From contig OZ025788.1 in assembly GCA_964019425.1 (NCBI GenBank), forward strand, positions 868,001 through 932,000: a DNA stretch of 64,000 nt. Direction: 5' to 3'. Positions 1-12,938 of the stretch are shown piece after piece. The stretch comes from Flectonema sp. DT1601 (lineage: Eukaryota). Every line of letters begins with the position of its first letter. Within the stretch, counting starts at the first letter, position 1. Position numbers and translations under genes: made by a program. The notes beneath the pieces are model-generated. The model was not told the origin of the DNA and did not search any database. It saw only the letters and a program-made list of their open reading frames with translations.

Positions 1-2122
1 GCATTGCTAAGATGTCACCATCAGTATTATGAAATACTTCCGTCTTACACCACGGATCCTTTGAACAGAGTAGCATGGCGTATGAACTCGCATGGGTGGC
101 AAGAGCGCGAGTAGATCCCGCTGCTTCGATTCCGTCAATTAACCGTTTTTGATGATCAATAGTGAGAGATTGAAATGTAAACAGTCCAACTACAAAAGCT
201 GATAGTACTATTGATAATGCTGCAAAGGCACAGCGAACCTTTATTAAAGGATCCTTACCTCCCGTGGCACCCAAAGAGTTGTCTTGTTTGCCCTCACCTG
301 CCTTTGCTGCTCGGGAAGTTTCAATACCTCGTTCTGTTTGATCACGCAAAGCCGTAGCAGCAGCTTCATCATGCATTACTTGGTCAAGAAACAGAGCATA
401 TGATAAAACTACACTGTCATCTTGAGTTAAATGAAGAACTCTTTTAAATTCTTCGTCTGCCTGTTCTCGTTTCTTTGTGATTGCCTTTGTTATAACAGCA
501 AGCTGTACAGTGTCAACTTGATTACACTGCAGCTTAGTCCAAAATGTTCCCATCTGACTTAAGACTTCTCTGTGTAATTTCTGAGCAGCTCTCCAAACTT
601 TTACGTGACTGTTGTCCTTCATGCCGATTCCTTTTTTCAGAATTCCAGTTAGTTTGGTTGCGTGGTATCGAATTGCGAGTGATGTCTCAATTTTAGCAAT
701 GCACTGATCAAGATGGTTATGTAGTGCGTAGTTCTTCATACTGCCACTACAATAGCAGCATGTGAAGTATGCTAACTGAAGAGGTATGATTCCACTCTTC
801 TTGAAAATTATGAACCCACGAGATAATATTTTGGTACAGAAATCGATGGCTTCACGTGGAAGGGGTTCGTTGTTATTGGTACACTTCCTTATGTCTGCAA
901 CAAATCTCGTTGCTAGTTCGCAGTCAGTTTCAAATATAACGCGATCAATTAACGAGACAGTAAAATTATAATTTATCGCTTCCGTATTTATTTGTTTCGG
1001 TTGTTCAAGACTGTGTGCTTCATTCTCAGTTGACTGAGCGATACCCTTCGGCCAGATGATGGGCGTGTCGGATGTTCTACCAGCCAACAAGTGAGCCTTA
1101 TAAGCAACAAACGTCCGACTTATTCTACACTCTGAAAGTACACTTGCAATAAATATTACGGGAAGTACACCAACACACAATATAACTAAGTCCATATAGA
1201 GGTCTGCATAAAAACCACCTGTTTCAGACAACAGAGGTACCAGCGACATCCAAGCTCCCAACAAGAATGATGTTGCCTTAAACTGCGTAACACCTTGTTT
1301 GTAGTAAGGCATTAAAAATGCGTAGCAAATAGAAACAAAAACACACATAAGCATATGGTATAGTGTGAACCAACGTGATTTGCCGGCACTCTCAAAAGTA
1401 TGATATAATACAATAGTGACAAAGCGATAAATCATATTTACTTTATCGCAGTGTGAATGGGCACGTGCCAGAATATGAGAACTACAGTACATTGAATCAA
1501 ACAGTGATGTGTTTACAACGAATGCGAAGCAGAATAACAACAAAGCTGCAAACCATGCACAGATTTTAAATACTAATCGGATGCCTGTACAGCTCTCTCC
1601 TGTAGACCAGAACTCATCATCTGCGTTACAAAAACCAAAATGCAACAACCAAGAAGTTATTGGTATGTACAACCATCCTGATAGAGAGTGGCAAAACACC
1701 TGCTTTGCAGCAACTGTCCAACCGGTTTGAATGCGAGAACTAGTTGACAGAATCCAACCTAAGTATAATCCTAAGAGTGCTGTAAACACCCAAAACACTG
1801 CAAGTGACGGGTAAAAACCAATATCGGCATGTTCATTATCCCAAAAAGGCAAGTGTGAAGAATACACCGCTAACGATAAAGGCTTTACTGCTCCACTGTA
1901 TGAGTTGTGAGGGTTTAATGCGAATCCCAGTACCTGTGATGTTTCAGCTAGTAATCCGAGTACTACTAACCTTCTGGGATATTGCATCTCTAACTTCATT
2001 AGGAATGGAATCAACGGCATCCTAGTCGTAAAAAACATCGCCTGCGTCTGACTCGCTTCCGTGGCTTTACTACTTGCGGTGCTACTGCAGCAGCTGGCTG
2101 TGGCGCTGCCATCTTCGGTCAT
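1..2122 (-). CDS. TmcB/TmcC-like multi-pass membrane protein, 5' part (runs off the window edge)
   Basis: Not in the ORF track. ATG at 2122 (MTEDGSATAS...). Segments read by eye give several hydrophobic helices (...LMPYYKQG...) followed by a helical region (FWTKLQ...VVLSYALFLDQV) resembling the tiny-macrocysts protein family. Confidence 0.6.
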   Translation of the reverse strand, partial: MTEDGSATASCCSSTASSKATEASQTQAMFFTTRMPLIPFLMKLEMQYPRRLVVLGLLAETSQVLGFALNPHNSYSGAVKPLSLAVYSSHLPFWDNEHADIGFYPSLAVFWVFTALLGLYLGWILSTSSRIQTGWTVAAKQVFCHSLSGWLYIPITSWLLHFGFCNADDEFWSTGESCTGIRLVFKICAWFAALLLFCFAFVVNTSLFDSMYCSSHILARAHSHCDKVNMIYRFVTIVLYHTFESAGKSRWFTLYHMLMCVFVSICYAFLMPYYKQGVTQFKATSFLLGAWMSLVPLLSETGGFYADLYMDLVILCVGVLPVIFIASVLSECRISRTFVAYKAHLLAGRTSDTPIIWPKGIAQSTENEAHSLEQPKQINTEAINYNFTVSLIDRVIFETDCELATRFVADIRKCTNNNEPLPREAIDFCTKILSRGFIIFKKSGIIPLQLAYFTCCYCSGSMKNYALHNHLDQCIAKIETSLAIRYHATKLTGILKKGIGMKDNSHVKVWRAAQKLHREVLSQMGTFWTKLQCNQVDTVQLAVITKAITKKREQADEEFKRVLHLTQDDSVVLSYALFLDQVMHDEAAATALRDQTERGIETSRAAKAGEGKQDNSLGATGGKDPLIKVRCAFAALSIVLSAFVVGLFTFQSLTIDHQKRLIDGIEAAGSTRALATHASSYAMLLCSKDPWCKTEVFHNTDGDILAM

Positions 2123-2601
2123 TATTATTTGTGTTCAGAATCTGAGAAGAAGAGAATAATTATGGCACTCCAAGTATTTACTAGTACAGCGGCAACACAA
2201 CTAAAACAACTACATATTGCTACAGGAAATGGTGAAGGACAGGGGGGGATCCTCGGAGGAGATCGGGAAGTGCTGGGATCAAACAAAAAAACAACAAGAA
2301 AAGAGCGACAAGGCGCCACTGTATGTGGGCCCAGCGGGGTTGTTCGATGACAGTAAATGTTGTAGGTACGTTCAAATAAATCACTTCCATTCTCATAAAA
2401 TTTTAATTCAGTATCGATTGAGGAGGGGGGGGGGGGGGGGGGGGGGAGTAAACAGGAAAGACATGAATCCTTGCATATTGAGAAATATTCAAGCTTCGGC
2501 TGGTCCAACCATTTTGGAACGATAAAATTTTCCCAAAATGAAGGAAAAAATATCGCTCCTCTTATTTATCACATCAAATAAAAAGCTTTTTTTGGATATC
2601 A

Positions 2602-2672
2602 GCGTAAATGGTCTAGTGGTAGAATGGCCCCCCGCCACGGGGTCGGCCCGAGTTCGATTCTCGGTTTACGCA
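2602..2672 (+). tRNA. tRNA-Gly (anticodon GCC)
   Basis: Cloverleaf: acceptor GCGTAAA/TTTACGC, D arm GTCTAGTGGTAGAA, anticodon stem GCCCC/GGGGT with loop CCGCCAC, T arm CCGAG-TTCGATT-CTCGG, discriminator A. Followed by a T run (Pol III terminator). Confidence 0.93.
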
Positions 2673-3796
2673 TTCTTTTTTTCCCTTTTCCTAGAATCTT
2701 CCAAGAAATTTAAAAATACAAGACAAAAGCATAACATTAGGCAAAATCAGTAATGGCTTCCCCCACCCGAGACTGAAAATGAATCTGTCAAGGGCTAGCG
2801 AGGAATGATAGCGGAGGCATCAGTCGCAACATTTTCAAGTGGGGTGGGTCAAGCCAATAAAAACATTCACCTTCAATCTCAGAAGATACTCCTCCTAAAT
2901 ACAATGCCTACTACCACTAATTTGAACGACACAAGCCGTATATCAAGACGTGCTATTATTTGATTTTCGCATGCAATCTTTTAAAAACTTTGAAATCGAC
3001 AAAAGATTTACTACAACTGACAAATGATTTCTTTTTTTCTACGTTTGCTTTTCCCTCAATTTTTTTGGTTAGTTTCTGCTTGCAACCAAGCTTATTTGGT
3101 GTGGGGGGAAAAAAACATAAGAGGGTTACGATACCAACAGCCAAAAAAAAAAAAGTAGCCTTTTTTTTTTGCCTAGATTGGAGTAGTTACAGGAATTGCA
3201 CAACCGCTAGTAGAGAACTGGAAGGGGAAAGGACGCAAAATCATTCCAATGTGGAACAAAAAAAGACCAATAATTTATATTATAATAGAAAACTATCTGG
3301 AAGAAACTCTGTAACATGTAGTTTACTCGGAATTCCTTTATTCTTTAAAGGCGGTTCTGGAACCATAATTACTACGCTACTGGAGGACAGTGCTAAACAG
3401 ATTGACAGACGACAGCCTTATAAAAAAAAAAAGTATCAATTTTACCCCCAAGAACGACAGGTTATTTAAGGTTGTCAGCCGTGAAACCTTTGACTATTAT
3501 CACATTGTCACAAAGCCTAACAGCTACAAACCCACAACCTGAATTTCATTCGAAAAAAAATGTAGGGGACAATTAAACAAAAAACAAAAAAAATACAAAG
3601 GCAGTGCCTATGTATCAATAAGTCTTCGCATTGACCTCAAAATGTATAACACAAAGAGGCATGCTTAAAACTAAGGGACCCATACAAATAATAATACAAT
3701 AAAGTTATAAAATGTAATGGGGGTTACAGTCCCATATGAACATAACTACTGCTGGGGTGGGGCGAAAAACTAAAATAAAATAACACCAACGGTTAA

Positions 3797-4906
3797 TTAC
3801 TCCCTCGAACGAATATGAAGAGCTAAGACTCCAATTGTTTCAGTGCCGTCAAACCAGTCAACGTCGTACGTGTTGGTGGATGGTTGATATGCTTTGACAA
3901 TGCATGGTGTCCATGTACGACCTTCCCACAGTACTTCTGCCTGTGAACCTCTTGACAGTGGGTAGCCACCTGCCCCTCCTGATTCGGAACGAGCTTCGGA
4001 ACGAGCTGCGTATGGAGTGCTTTCTTCATTTGAGGAACGGATGTAGTCAACAGTAACACCCTCAGATATCTCTCCTGTATCATAAGTTACGGTATATGAT
4101 CCATCACGATGACGGTCACCAACAGTAGCAGCAAACCAACCATCTTCTTGTGGTCCATAAAACACTTCAACACGATCACCCTTTCTAAATTCCATACTAC
4201 GAGGAGACATTGCTGATGAAGTTGGGGAAGCAGATCCATAAAATCTCATCGAATGAGGAGGGACTCCCTCAGTTTCTTCTCCAGTTTCAAACTGAACTAC
4301 GTAAGTACCATCCTGAAGAAGAGCAACAACTTCCGCAGTATGCCAGACTCCTGAAGCCATTCCATCTTCAGTACCGTAGTAGACCTCAACCCTGTCACCA
4401 GGTTTATACTTTCCTAAATTCTGTGAGAGTGATCTAGGCATACTTCCTTGTTGATAAGATGGTGCTCTTGGTGAAGGCTGGCTTTTTGACATTGCTTTTC
4501 CCTCTGGGATCTCACCCGCTTCTGGAAGTACCATATTTAATATAATTGTTGAGTGATTCCTCATCAACTCACCGATTTCAACTGAAGTCCAAACGGGTTT
4601 GCTGTTTACTCCAACAACCAACCATCCCTTATGATCATTAAGACCCTGATCCTCTGCAGGTGTCCCTGCTTGTGTCCCTCTTACTTCCAGAATACCTCGT
4701 TTCCATTGTCTAACAACAATACCAGCACGTTCACCAGGGTCTTTTAGTAACCTGATTTCAGCACTTCCTGCAATACGAGTTGCTGGCTGTTTTATTGTTG
4801 TTCTCAAATGATTTGGCTTTCAAGTTTAACAAGAAATATCACATACATTAGTGACTGTGACGGTCTTCCTCGCTGGGGATCCTTTTTTGCTCTTTGTTGG
4901 AGACAT
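3797..4906 (-). CDS. Protein with a PDZ-like domain and three Tudor/Agenet-like repeats; exons 4906-4847 and 4786-3797
   Basis: ATG at 4906 and a 60-nt GTATGT..AAACAG intron (4787-4846) that keeps the frame. Three GDRVEV..W..A.V..Y.V.F/Y-type repeats. Confidence 0.75.
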
Positions 4907-6504
4907 TTTATGTTATTACTGTGCGATACACGAGTACTGAAAAGTAAAATTATTACTGCAATAGAAAATAAGCATACAGCACCAAGAATGCAAGAATGAA
5001 AAATACGTCTTGTGTGTCTTACCTGTTTGAGAGCAATGTCTCACGCACATGTATGTACTGCCGTGGTCTGAAATAGTTTAACGTGGGTGAAAGTAAGAGG
5101 GGATATTTGAAAAAAATGATTTTAATTTCTTTAACAGGTTTTATGGTGTGGCGAGCATGAAGGGCAGGGTGGGGGTGCGATAATATCTTTTATAATATAG
5201 TGCAATCACAAGAATGCTGATTTGAAAATTAAAAATAAAATACGACCGCCCAAGAGAATAGATAACAAACTCGGGCAGCGCAATTCCCCTCCTCCCCCGA
5301 CTATTTTTTTCTAATTCCACCGCCGAAACCGGGGCTAATCAAAAAAAGAATGACGGGGTTAAATGTTTGAGCATATTTATAATGATACAAAAATATTTGT
5401 ATTAAAAAACAGTAACGGTAAACGCACAAATAATCAATCGTGTTATTCAGTGGGTACAATGTATTTACGGCAGTGTTTCACCTATTAATGTCAAAACATA
5501 AATATTTTTTTCATAGCAGAATAGCAGAGGGAGTGACCAGCTTGTTTTTAACACACAGAACCATCGGGTGTTTCATAAACGTATTGTAGCACTTCATTTC
5601 GTACAATGCAGCAAGGACCGACAAATGCAACCACTTCACAAAATGAGAACAACATTGTTGTTTATATGTACCATGTCTCAATTTTTTCTTTCTTTGAAAA
5701 AAACGTCACTAACCAAAACAGATAAGGAGAGGGGAGGCAAACATGACCGTAAGATTATTGAGTGGGAAAACGTGAGAAAAGAGGGGAGAATTGTATCATC
5801 GGTTGTATGATACGACAACAGAAAAAACGAAAAGTCCCCAAGAAAGGACACGACTTCGGATAGCTAAATGATTTTTATATACAATTTAATTCTCACTCAA
5901 CTTCTGACACGAGAATAATTCCAACTAATACGAACCAGACCTGAAGCGATTTTTCATACAGCACAAAGCCTGAATGGGAAATTGGGTCAGTCTTGCACAG
6001 GCTCTTTCTTTTTTTTCTAATTTTCTCCTCCCTTCGAAGGAGAAAAACTAAAAAAAATTAATGAAAAAAAATAAAAAAATAAATAATTGGCTTTAAATCT
6101 TATTTCTAATAACCGAATTACCACGTGCGCTGCCAAAAAAAAAAGTTACTATTTTCTTTAAACTTGAAAGGAAAGAAAGAAAAAAAAGAAAAAAGAGCTA
6201 CTGATGCTTGCTTTAGGTATTTCAAAGGGCAGACACGGTTTAGTGGTTTCTTTCGAGGTAAGGCTTCAAAAATCTGTACAACAATAGGCACCTGTTTTTT
6301 TATTATTTTTGTTTTTGTCATTCAATTTCCCGCTCAAGCCTGCGAAAAGTGCCTAAAAAAAAAAACTCACACACCCTTTTAGAGAAGCCTCACAGCTTAC
6401 CACCTGTTAATCAGAAACCAAATTATCGATGTCTTGTACTTCACAGAATGAGTGCCCCACCCTACTATCAATATGTACAGACTTGATGATTATGACACAT
6501 TTAA

Positions 6505-7578
6505 TTAGGTTCTAGAACTGAATAATCCCATTCTGGAGGCAGGATTATAACTCTTAACAAAGCTTTGATTATCTCCAATAATGGTCAGAGCGCGGTGGAA
6601 GTGAGAATCGTTAATTCGGAGTAACGGAGAAGAAGCCTCTGAACATCTAACCGCTTCAAGAGCTGCCTCCTTACAAAGCTCGTGAAGGTCAGAACCGCTG
6701 TAGCCTTCACAGTTGGAAGCAATGCGATTGATGTCAAGTTGTTGAAGAGATGATCTGGAAATAGTTTTATCATTTTCTAAAATAATTTTAATAATTTGAT
6801 GCCTTGCTGACTCGTCAGGGTATGACACCTTCTGTTTTACTGGCATTCTTCTAAGAACTGCTTCATCAATAGCACCTGGTCTGTTTGTAGCACCGATTAC
6901 TACAATAGTTGAGTTAGAACTTGTTAAACCATCCCACTCAGTCATGAAGATTGTTTTGACAAGATTAAATGTTGGTGATGATGATGAACCTGCGTCACGA
7001 TCACACAACAGACCGTCGATTTCGTCGACGAACACGATGCTGGGTTGCAATTTTCTCGCTAGAGAAAATATAGCTGCGACGTGCTTCTCGCTGTCCCCGA
7101 CCCACTTCGTGAGGAGGGAATCGAGCTTTACTTCAATGAATGTTGCGTTTGCTTCTTTAGCAATAGCACGAGCCAAGAGTGTCTTACCAGTTCCCGGAGG
7201 ACCGTGTAGAAGAACTCCTTTAGGTGGTGCTCGTAGTGATCCAGGTGGGTACAACTCAGGTGATGATAACGGTATGACAACAGACTCTTCCATAACTTTC
7301 TTAACCTTTTCAAGTCCACCTACCTGAGATAAACTAACACCTATTGATGTAGGGTCAACTATCCCTTGAGCTACTACATTCTCCATGTCGTTCAGTTGAA
7401 CAACTTTAGACCTTATCTTCTTTCTATAACTATTCTCACCTAGTATTCCTAAATCTTTTAACATCTTTCTATATAACCACATTACTACACTTACAATTAT
7501 TATATACACGTAGAACTTTCTGCTTAAGAATGTTCTTCCCAAGACAACGAGACTGCCCTGCGCTGCAGTTGAGATCAT
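6505..7578 (-). CDS. MSP1: Msp1/ATAD1-family membrane-anchored AAA+ ATPase
   Basis: N-terminal TM helix, Walker A GPPGTGKT, pore loop KWVGDSEK, Walker B IVFVDEID, FMTEWDGL, GATNRP..IDEAVLRRMP. Confidence 0.85.
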   Translation of the reverse strand: MISTAAQGSLVVLGRTFLSRKFYVYIIIVSVVMWLYRKMLKDLGILGENSYRKKIRSKVVQLNDMENVVAQGIVDPTSIGVSLSQVGGLEKVKKVMEESVVIPLSSPELYPPGSLRAPPKGVLLHGPPGTGKTLLARAIAKEANATFIEVKLDSLLTKWVGDSEKHVAAIFSLARKLQPSIVFVDEIDGLLCDRDAGSSSSPTFNLVKTIFMTEWDGLTSSNSTIVVIGATNRPGAIDEAVLRRMPVKQKVSYPDESARHQIIKIILENDKTISRSSLQQLDINRIASNCEGYSGSDLHELCKEAALEAVRCSEASSPLLRINDSHFHRALTIIGDNQSFVKSYNPASRMGLFSSRT

Positions 7579-7982
7579 CTTAATATATCTTGGATAGTGC
7601 TGTTACCTAGAGGAGAAAAATATAAACACGGCACTAACATGTAGTATGCAATATAAACGAAGAGGGAACACTCTAACTGTCTAACCTGACGAGGGGGGTA
7701 GTTATAAGTTAAATTTGATGAGGGACTCGCTTTCTAAAAAATTAAAAAGATAAAAAGACGAAAAATAAAGCAAATCTATAAATACTAAATACAATCTCCG
7801 ATTAGGAGTTTACTGAGGTAGGTGCGCCTATTAGAAATAGAGGCTCAATACAGGCTTGCTTTTCTTTTAGTGCCTTGTGCATATTACTAATAAGAATAAT
7901 ATGACGTAAATACGTGTCCACTGGCTACAACGTGGGTACGAATTTACTCTGAATGGTGAATCGGTTTGAACGAAAGAATTAG

Positions 7983-9965
7983 CTAGCCGCTCTCGTCAAA
8001 TATTACGCGAACTTGTTCTGTAACTCTTTTTAGCAGCCGTTCCTTCTCACGCGCTGTTTCATCAGAGAGACTCTTTAGTCTTTGTGAGAGATCGATATTT
8101 TGAGAATCGAGATTTTGAATTTTCTCATCTCGCTGTAAAACTTTCATTTCGAGGTGCATACGATCTGCTGTGAATCGTTCCGTCAGACGGTCTAATTCGC
8201 TTTGAGTTTGTCGAGAGCTGTTCTCCATTTCACGAGCGAGATTCTCTCGTGTTGACTCCGCAGAGCGAAGTTCATTCTCAAATCGTCGCTTCTCAGATTC
8301 AAACTGAGAAGCTAGCGCTGTGAGCCTGTGGATTTCAAGGTCTTTCTCAATTACTAATTCTTTTGTTCGTTTCCCACGCTCTTCGATATCGTCAATAGCT
8401 GTCTGGTTGCGTTCTCCTATTCGAAGCATGTCCTGTTTTAACTCCTCGTGAAGACGATCTCTGTGTGCGACATCGTCATGGAGTTCTTTTATCTTTCGCA
8501 GAGATCTTTCTGATTCAATATGTTTGTCTGATTCACACTGAGATCTAACTTCATTCACCTTCCTATCTATTTCTGTTTGCTGTTGTTGTGTTTGTGATTC
8601 CAGGGTTGAGTTTTTTCTCTCAATTTCCCAGAATTGGTCTTCTAGTGTTTTGTTGCGATCTTGTAGATTTTTTATGGTTGATTGGTAGTGATCACATTCT
8701 TGTTTAAGTCTGTCAACTGTTAATTCAAATTGCTTTGATTTAAACTGAGCTTCTTGTTCTTTTGATCTGTAAGATTGCATGTCGGTCAATAGTGTTCTTT
8801 TCTCATCTTCTAAATTATTGTTTGTGGTTGTGAGTGCTTCTATTTCAGAACTCTTTAATTCAATGTTCATTTCTATTCCTCGTTTAGCTGTTTCTAAAAT
8901 TTCAACATTACCTTGTAACTCAGCACACTTACCTGTCACAATTGCCAACTCTTCCTTATGAGTTTTCGTCATTTGTTTTAATTTCTCCTCTGCTCCAGTA
9001 GTTGCTGCTTCAATGATATCTTTGAGTGCAGTGATCTCGTTGCTGGATGTTGTTAAGTCTTTTTGTCTTGATTTTAAAGCGGTATCAAGAAGATCCTTGT
9101 CAGCTAGCAATTGTTCGTATTGTTCTGATAGCTGAATGCTGCGTTGTCTTTCAGCGATCACATGAGTGTCTCGGAGATCTAATTCTGTCTTAAGTCGATT
9201 AGCGTTGTCGTTTAACGCTTGTTGGAATTCTCGTTGTTGGCGAAGTACGATGGCTGACATTTCAGTTTCTCGTTTTCGCCCGGAGTTGCTTTGGATTCGA
9301 TCATCAATAGTAACGAGTGTATCATAGTCAATGTCGTTACCTGCAAGTTGAAGAAATACCAGCTGATTATTTGTCTCTAACGATCTGGATATTTGCACTC
9401 CACCAGAACTTCCAATTCTATTCCAACCAAAGTTAAGATGTGTTATTGTTGTTGAACCTTCCACTAGTCTACATAAACCAGTAGTACTATCAGATCCTAT
9501 TTTGTTATTTTGAAGATCAATTTCATTCAGAGACGTGGATACAGCTAGTGCTTCACACATACTATTGAATGGAATACATCTAGAACCAACACTATTCCAG
9601 TTGAGAATTAAGTTTTTTAAATTAGTACAGGTTCGTACAACTTTCGCAATTGCCTCTGCAGAATCACTACCAAAGTTATTTCTTGATAAATTAAGTGTTT
9701 CAATGGCAGTTCCTAGCAGAGATTCACATAAAATATTGCATCCCTCATCATTTATATACGCATTGCATAATTCCACGTGATGGACTGTTCCTCCAGCTCT
9801 TATACCCGCAGCGAGTGCTTGACATCCTTTGCTTGCTAGAGTTTGACCAGAAAGTTTTATCATTCCGCTACCTGACTCATCGTTGAGTAATATCTGAATC
9901 GGATCTACTCCCAGTTGAGAACATTGAGATAGGTACGCTTCTTTAAAGCGGGTTCTGTAATCCAT
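7983..9965 (-). CDS. Leucine-rich repeat plus long coiled-coil protein (LRRC45-like)
   Basis: RI-type LRRs (LNLSRNNFG, LILNWNSVG, IDLQNNKIG, LNFGWNRIG) followed by ~400 aa of heptad-rich sequence. Confidence 0.8.
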   Translation of the reverse strand: MDYRTRFKEAYLSQCSQLGVDPIQILLNDESGSGMIKLSGQTLASKGCQALAAGIRAGGTVHHVELCNAYINDEGCNILCESLLGTAIETLNLSRNNFGSDSAEAIAKVVRTCTNLKNLILNWNSVGSRCIPFNSMCEALAVSTSLNEIDLQNNKIGSDSTTGLCRLVEGSTTITHLNFGWNRIGSSGGVQISRSLETNNQLVFLQLAGNDIDYDTLVTIDDRIQSNSGRKRETEMSAIVLRQQREFQQALNDNANRLKTELDLRDTHVIAERQRSIQLSEQYEQLLADKDLLDTALKSRQKDLTTSSNEITALKDIIEAATTGAEEKLKQMTKTHKEELAIVTGKCAELQGNVEILETAKRGIEMNIELKSSEIEALTTTNNNLEDEKRTLLTDMQSYRSKEQEAQFKSKQFELTVDRLKQECDHYQSTIKNLQDRNKTLEDQFWEIERKNSTLESQTQQQQTEIDRKVNEVRSQCESDKHIESERSLRKIKELHDDVAHRDRLHEELKQDMLRIGERNQTAIDDIEERGKRTKELVIEKDLEIHRLTALASQFESEKRRFENELRSAESTRENLAREMENSSRQTQSELDRLTERFTADRMHLEMKVLQRDEKIQNLDSQNIDLSQRLKSLSDETAREKERLLKRVTEQVRVIFDESG

Positions 9966-11708
9966 TTATTGCTGCTGTTAGTAAATATTTGTTTAATAAA
10001 GTAATTAAAGTTCCAATGAATAACAGATGAAATTATTCACTCCAATAAAAACCAGTCATCACAAGGTAGAACAACGTGTGAAACCTAACTGTTTGAAGTT
10101 TTCCTTTTCTCTTCCTGCGGGCAAGAAGAAGGAATCCCTGACAACTGTTCAAAGACTGAACTCCCTCCTGACGGACAAGGAAGTAATCTATCTTTTTGTA
10201 AAAGTTGTTACTTAGCTCAAATAAATAATCCTTGAAATAAGGAACTAATAACAAATACCATCACAAATTCAATTAAGAAGCTGTGAAACCAAAACTCCAT
10301 AACAGATTAACATCGTTGACATTAATATTCATCTTTACAGCTGTTTCTATACCCAACAGAGGAAATTTCAACTTAGCCAGCCTCGCAAAGCCTAGACGAC
10401 AAACTAAAGGAATACACAAACAAATGTACACCAGCCGCCTTCAATTAATTATTAAGCCTACAAATACAACAGACGACAGGTCGCAGAAGGTACACTGCTA
10501 ATAGCATGTGTCACTAAATTGGGGTAAAAGTTAACAATCAGACCCTGTAAAGGTCTTCTATTGATTTCACTACCGCAGCTAGGAAGCTGCAGCAAGTGGA
10601 AGATAATGTTATTATGAGCTTTCTCGCTTGCGGATATTCTCATTATTTGTGTCTTGGTTACTTGGTTGAGTTCTCAATGAATAAGTCGCTCACAGAAACC
10701 TACGACACGACCACGAGGAGTAGCAACCCGTGGTGGGGAGGAGGGGGATCAGAGATTGAGATAAGGAATAACAAAATCGATCATGTTTTTAGTGGGACCT
10801 AATTTACGCGGTGATACCATCGAGTTAAAGGAAGTTGTGCAATCGCATTATCTAAATAATAAGTTGATTCACATTGTGTGCTGCATCAGCTAAACGACAA
10901 AACTGCTCGGGCTGTGTCACCAAGACAAGCGAGCTCGCGATGCCGAAGAAGAAGCCAGCTTGCGTCGCATTTTCTTCAACAGCTGATCAGACATTCACAA
11001 TGGGCGTGGCCCAACAAGATTGTAATAGCAGTTACAGAACTGATACAGTCGTCTTATTTATCGCAATATAGAGGGGAAGAGAAGGAAGAAAAAAAAACAA
11101 GACATCGGTCACCACGCGTACACAAACATTAGAATAGCAACGTTATAGAATTACAGATCGAAAACAGTCACTCGTTTCTGTAATTACGAGGACGATGAAA
11201 AAAAAAAAAGAAAAAAAAATTAAATAAAATAAAAAAGACTACTGTCCTGACAATAATGCTTTTGTGCATAAAAAAATAAATATGCATGTCGCGAAAACGA
11301 AAAGTTATACAGGGCAACACCGCAACATAAGGTTTCGCGCAGCTCCCAGCAACAACTCTGGGTACAGTATGCAATGCGGAATAAAAGTTAGATGACTGAT
11401 AAAAAGACTGACTGATTATTGCTATGTTAAATATGTTTTTTTTAATACAAGCGCGCGCTCGCGCGGGAAAACCTATGACCCATACAGAACCATTTAAAAA
11501 AAAGGGGTGGTGGGTTCCAACTTATTGTTCAAAAGGTGGCAATACAACAACAAAAAAGGAAATAACTTAAAAAAAAAAAGGTAAAAAAAAACAGCAAAAA
11601 AAGATCAAGAATTGTATCTGGTGGAAAGAGAATAAGCTGCAGGTCACAACATTTATCGTTGGACAAAAAAAAAAAAAAATGAAAGATGAAGCGATCTTCT
11701 ATTGCCGA

Positions 11709-12617
11709 CTAACGCAGCGATATTACCTTAAGAGTGACATCGACTGTCCCGGAAACAGTGCTGCTCTTCCTCTTCGTGTTAGAATCGTCACCATATATCT
11801 GAAAAGATTGATGAATAGCAGGGCCACCTGGATACAACGACATAATTGATTTTAGGTCCTCAGTAGTCAGATCAACTCGACCGAGGAATAACTTCGGACC
11901 GAATGCTCTCTTTCCAAATAGAGACATTCTTATTGCGTCTCCCGATGGAAGTACAAATCGAAAAGTCGTATTCCATTCTGGGGAGAGTGATGATGCGACT
12001 GGCGTCAGTTGCTTTTGTGGATTTGGATGACTGCTGCCAACAGTTCCTGTCTTTGTGTTCACAGCACGCAATTTCGCTTCGCAAAATGGATTTTTTGATC
12101 CTTTATTTGCTAGTCCATTAGCGCACATCAAGCAAACCTGTTATTGTTGTTATTATATTTGACATTACATAAGCAGATCAAAACAATCAGTCGATGAATA
12201 CCAATTAAAGACGACTTGCAGTGATTATACAAGGTACGGGAAGCTACCGTAACATACCTCAAGTCGGATTTCCTTTTCGTCTCCAGTAAAGTGATGAGCA
12301 AGTTCTTGTTGAGCCTCAAAAAAAGACTTTCTTGGAGGACGCGACGGCAACAACTCCGAAGGAGGAGTTTCTGGGAGCTTTCCTTCATAGATTATTACCT
12401 CATCATCATCACTACTCTCTTCCCTTTTTCCTTCTTCCTCTTCTTCTTCTTCCTCAAGTGTTTCAGTCTTCTGATTATTTTCGAAGGCTTCGTTTGCGTA
12501 ATTTGTATTACCCAGCGGTGATTGTTTTTGAAGTCCAAAGGAAGCGTCTGTCAATCCTTCTCCTATCAAAGGCTGCTCCAGATAGTCTCCAGGAAAGGAT
12601 ACTTTTTTAATAGCCAT
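11709..12617 (-). CDS. C2-domain protein with acidic N-terminus; exons 12617-12258 and 12137-11709
   Basis: A 120-nt GTATGT..AACAG intron (12138-12257) joins two ORFs in frame. C2 motifs: SKNPFCE, LSPEWNTTFRF, FLGRVDL. Confidence 0.75.
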
Positions 12618-12938
12618 TTTTTGTTTTGTTTGTAGTATTTAGGCCAACAACATATTGCTGAGAGGAAGTAATAAAGAAAGAAGGACAGTCACTGTTTTCG
12701 AACTTATAAATAACCATAGCTTATCATAATTAATCCACCTGAATACAGCTCTCATTTCTGACTGTGATTGCTGTGAATAACTCTGTGTAAGTTCCGTAAC
12801 AAGAGATCTTGATTTGGGAGAGCAAAAAAATTCTTTGTTTTTTTATTAGTTTTTTTTTGTTTTTGAGACTTGTTTTTTTCTTTTTGCATATTCCCCCTCT
12901 TGATTAAGAATTACTGAATCCATTTGTTAGCGTAAAGC

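Noticed and set aside
2125..3469. ORFs with poly-Pro, poly-Gly, poly-Lys or poly-Phe
   Set aside because: They are translations of homopolymer runs in intergenic DNA. The same applies to most short ORFs in 24900-28200, 30100-33400, 40000-41800 and 48500-53900.
10458..11132. Short ORFs between the LRR and C2 genes
   Set aside because: No recognisable motifs and no consistent splice pattern joining them.
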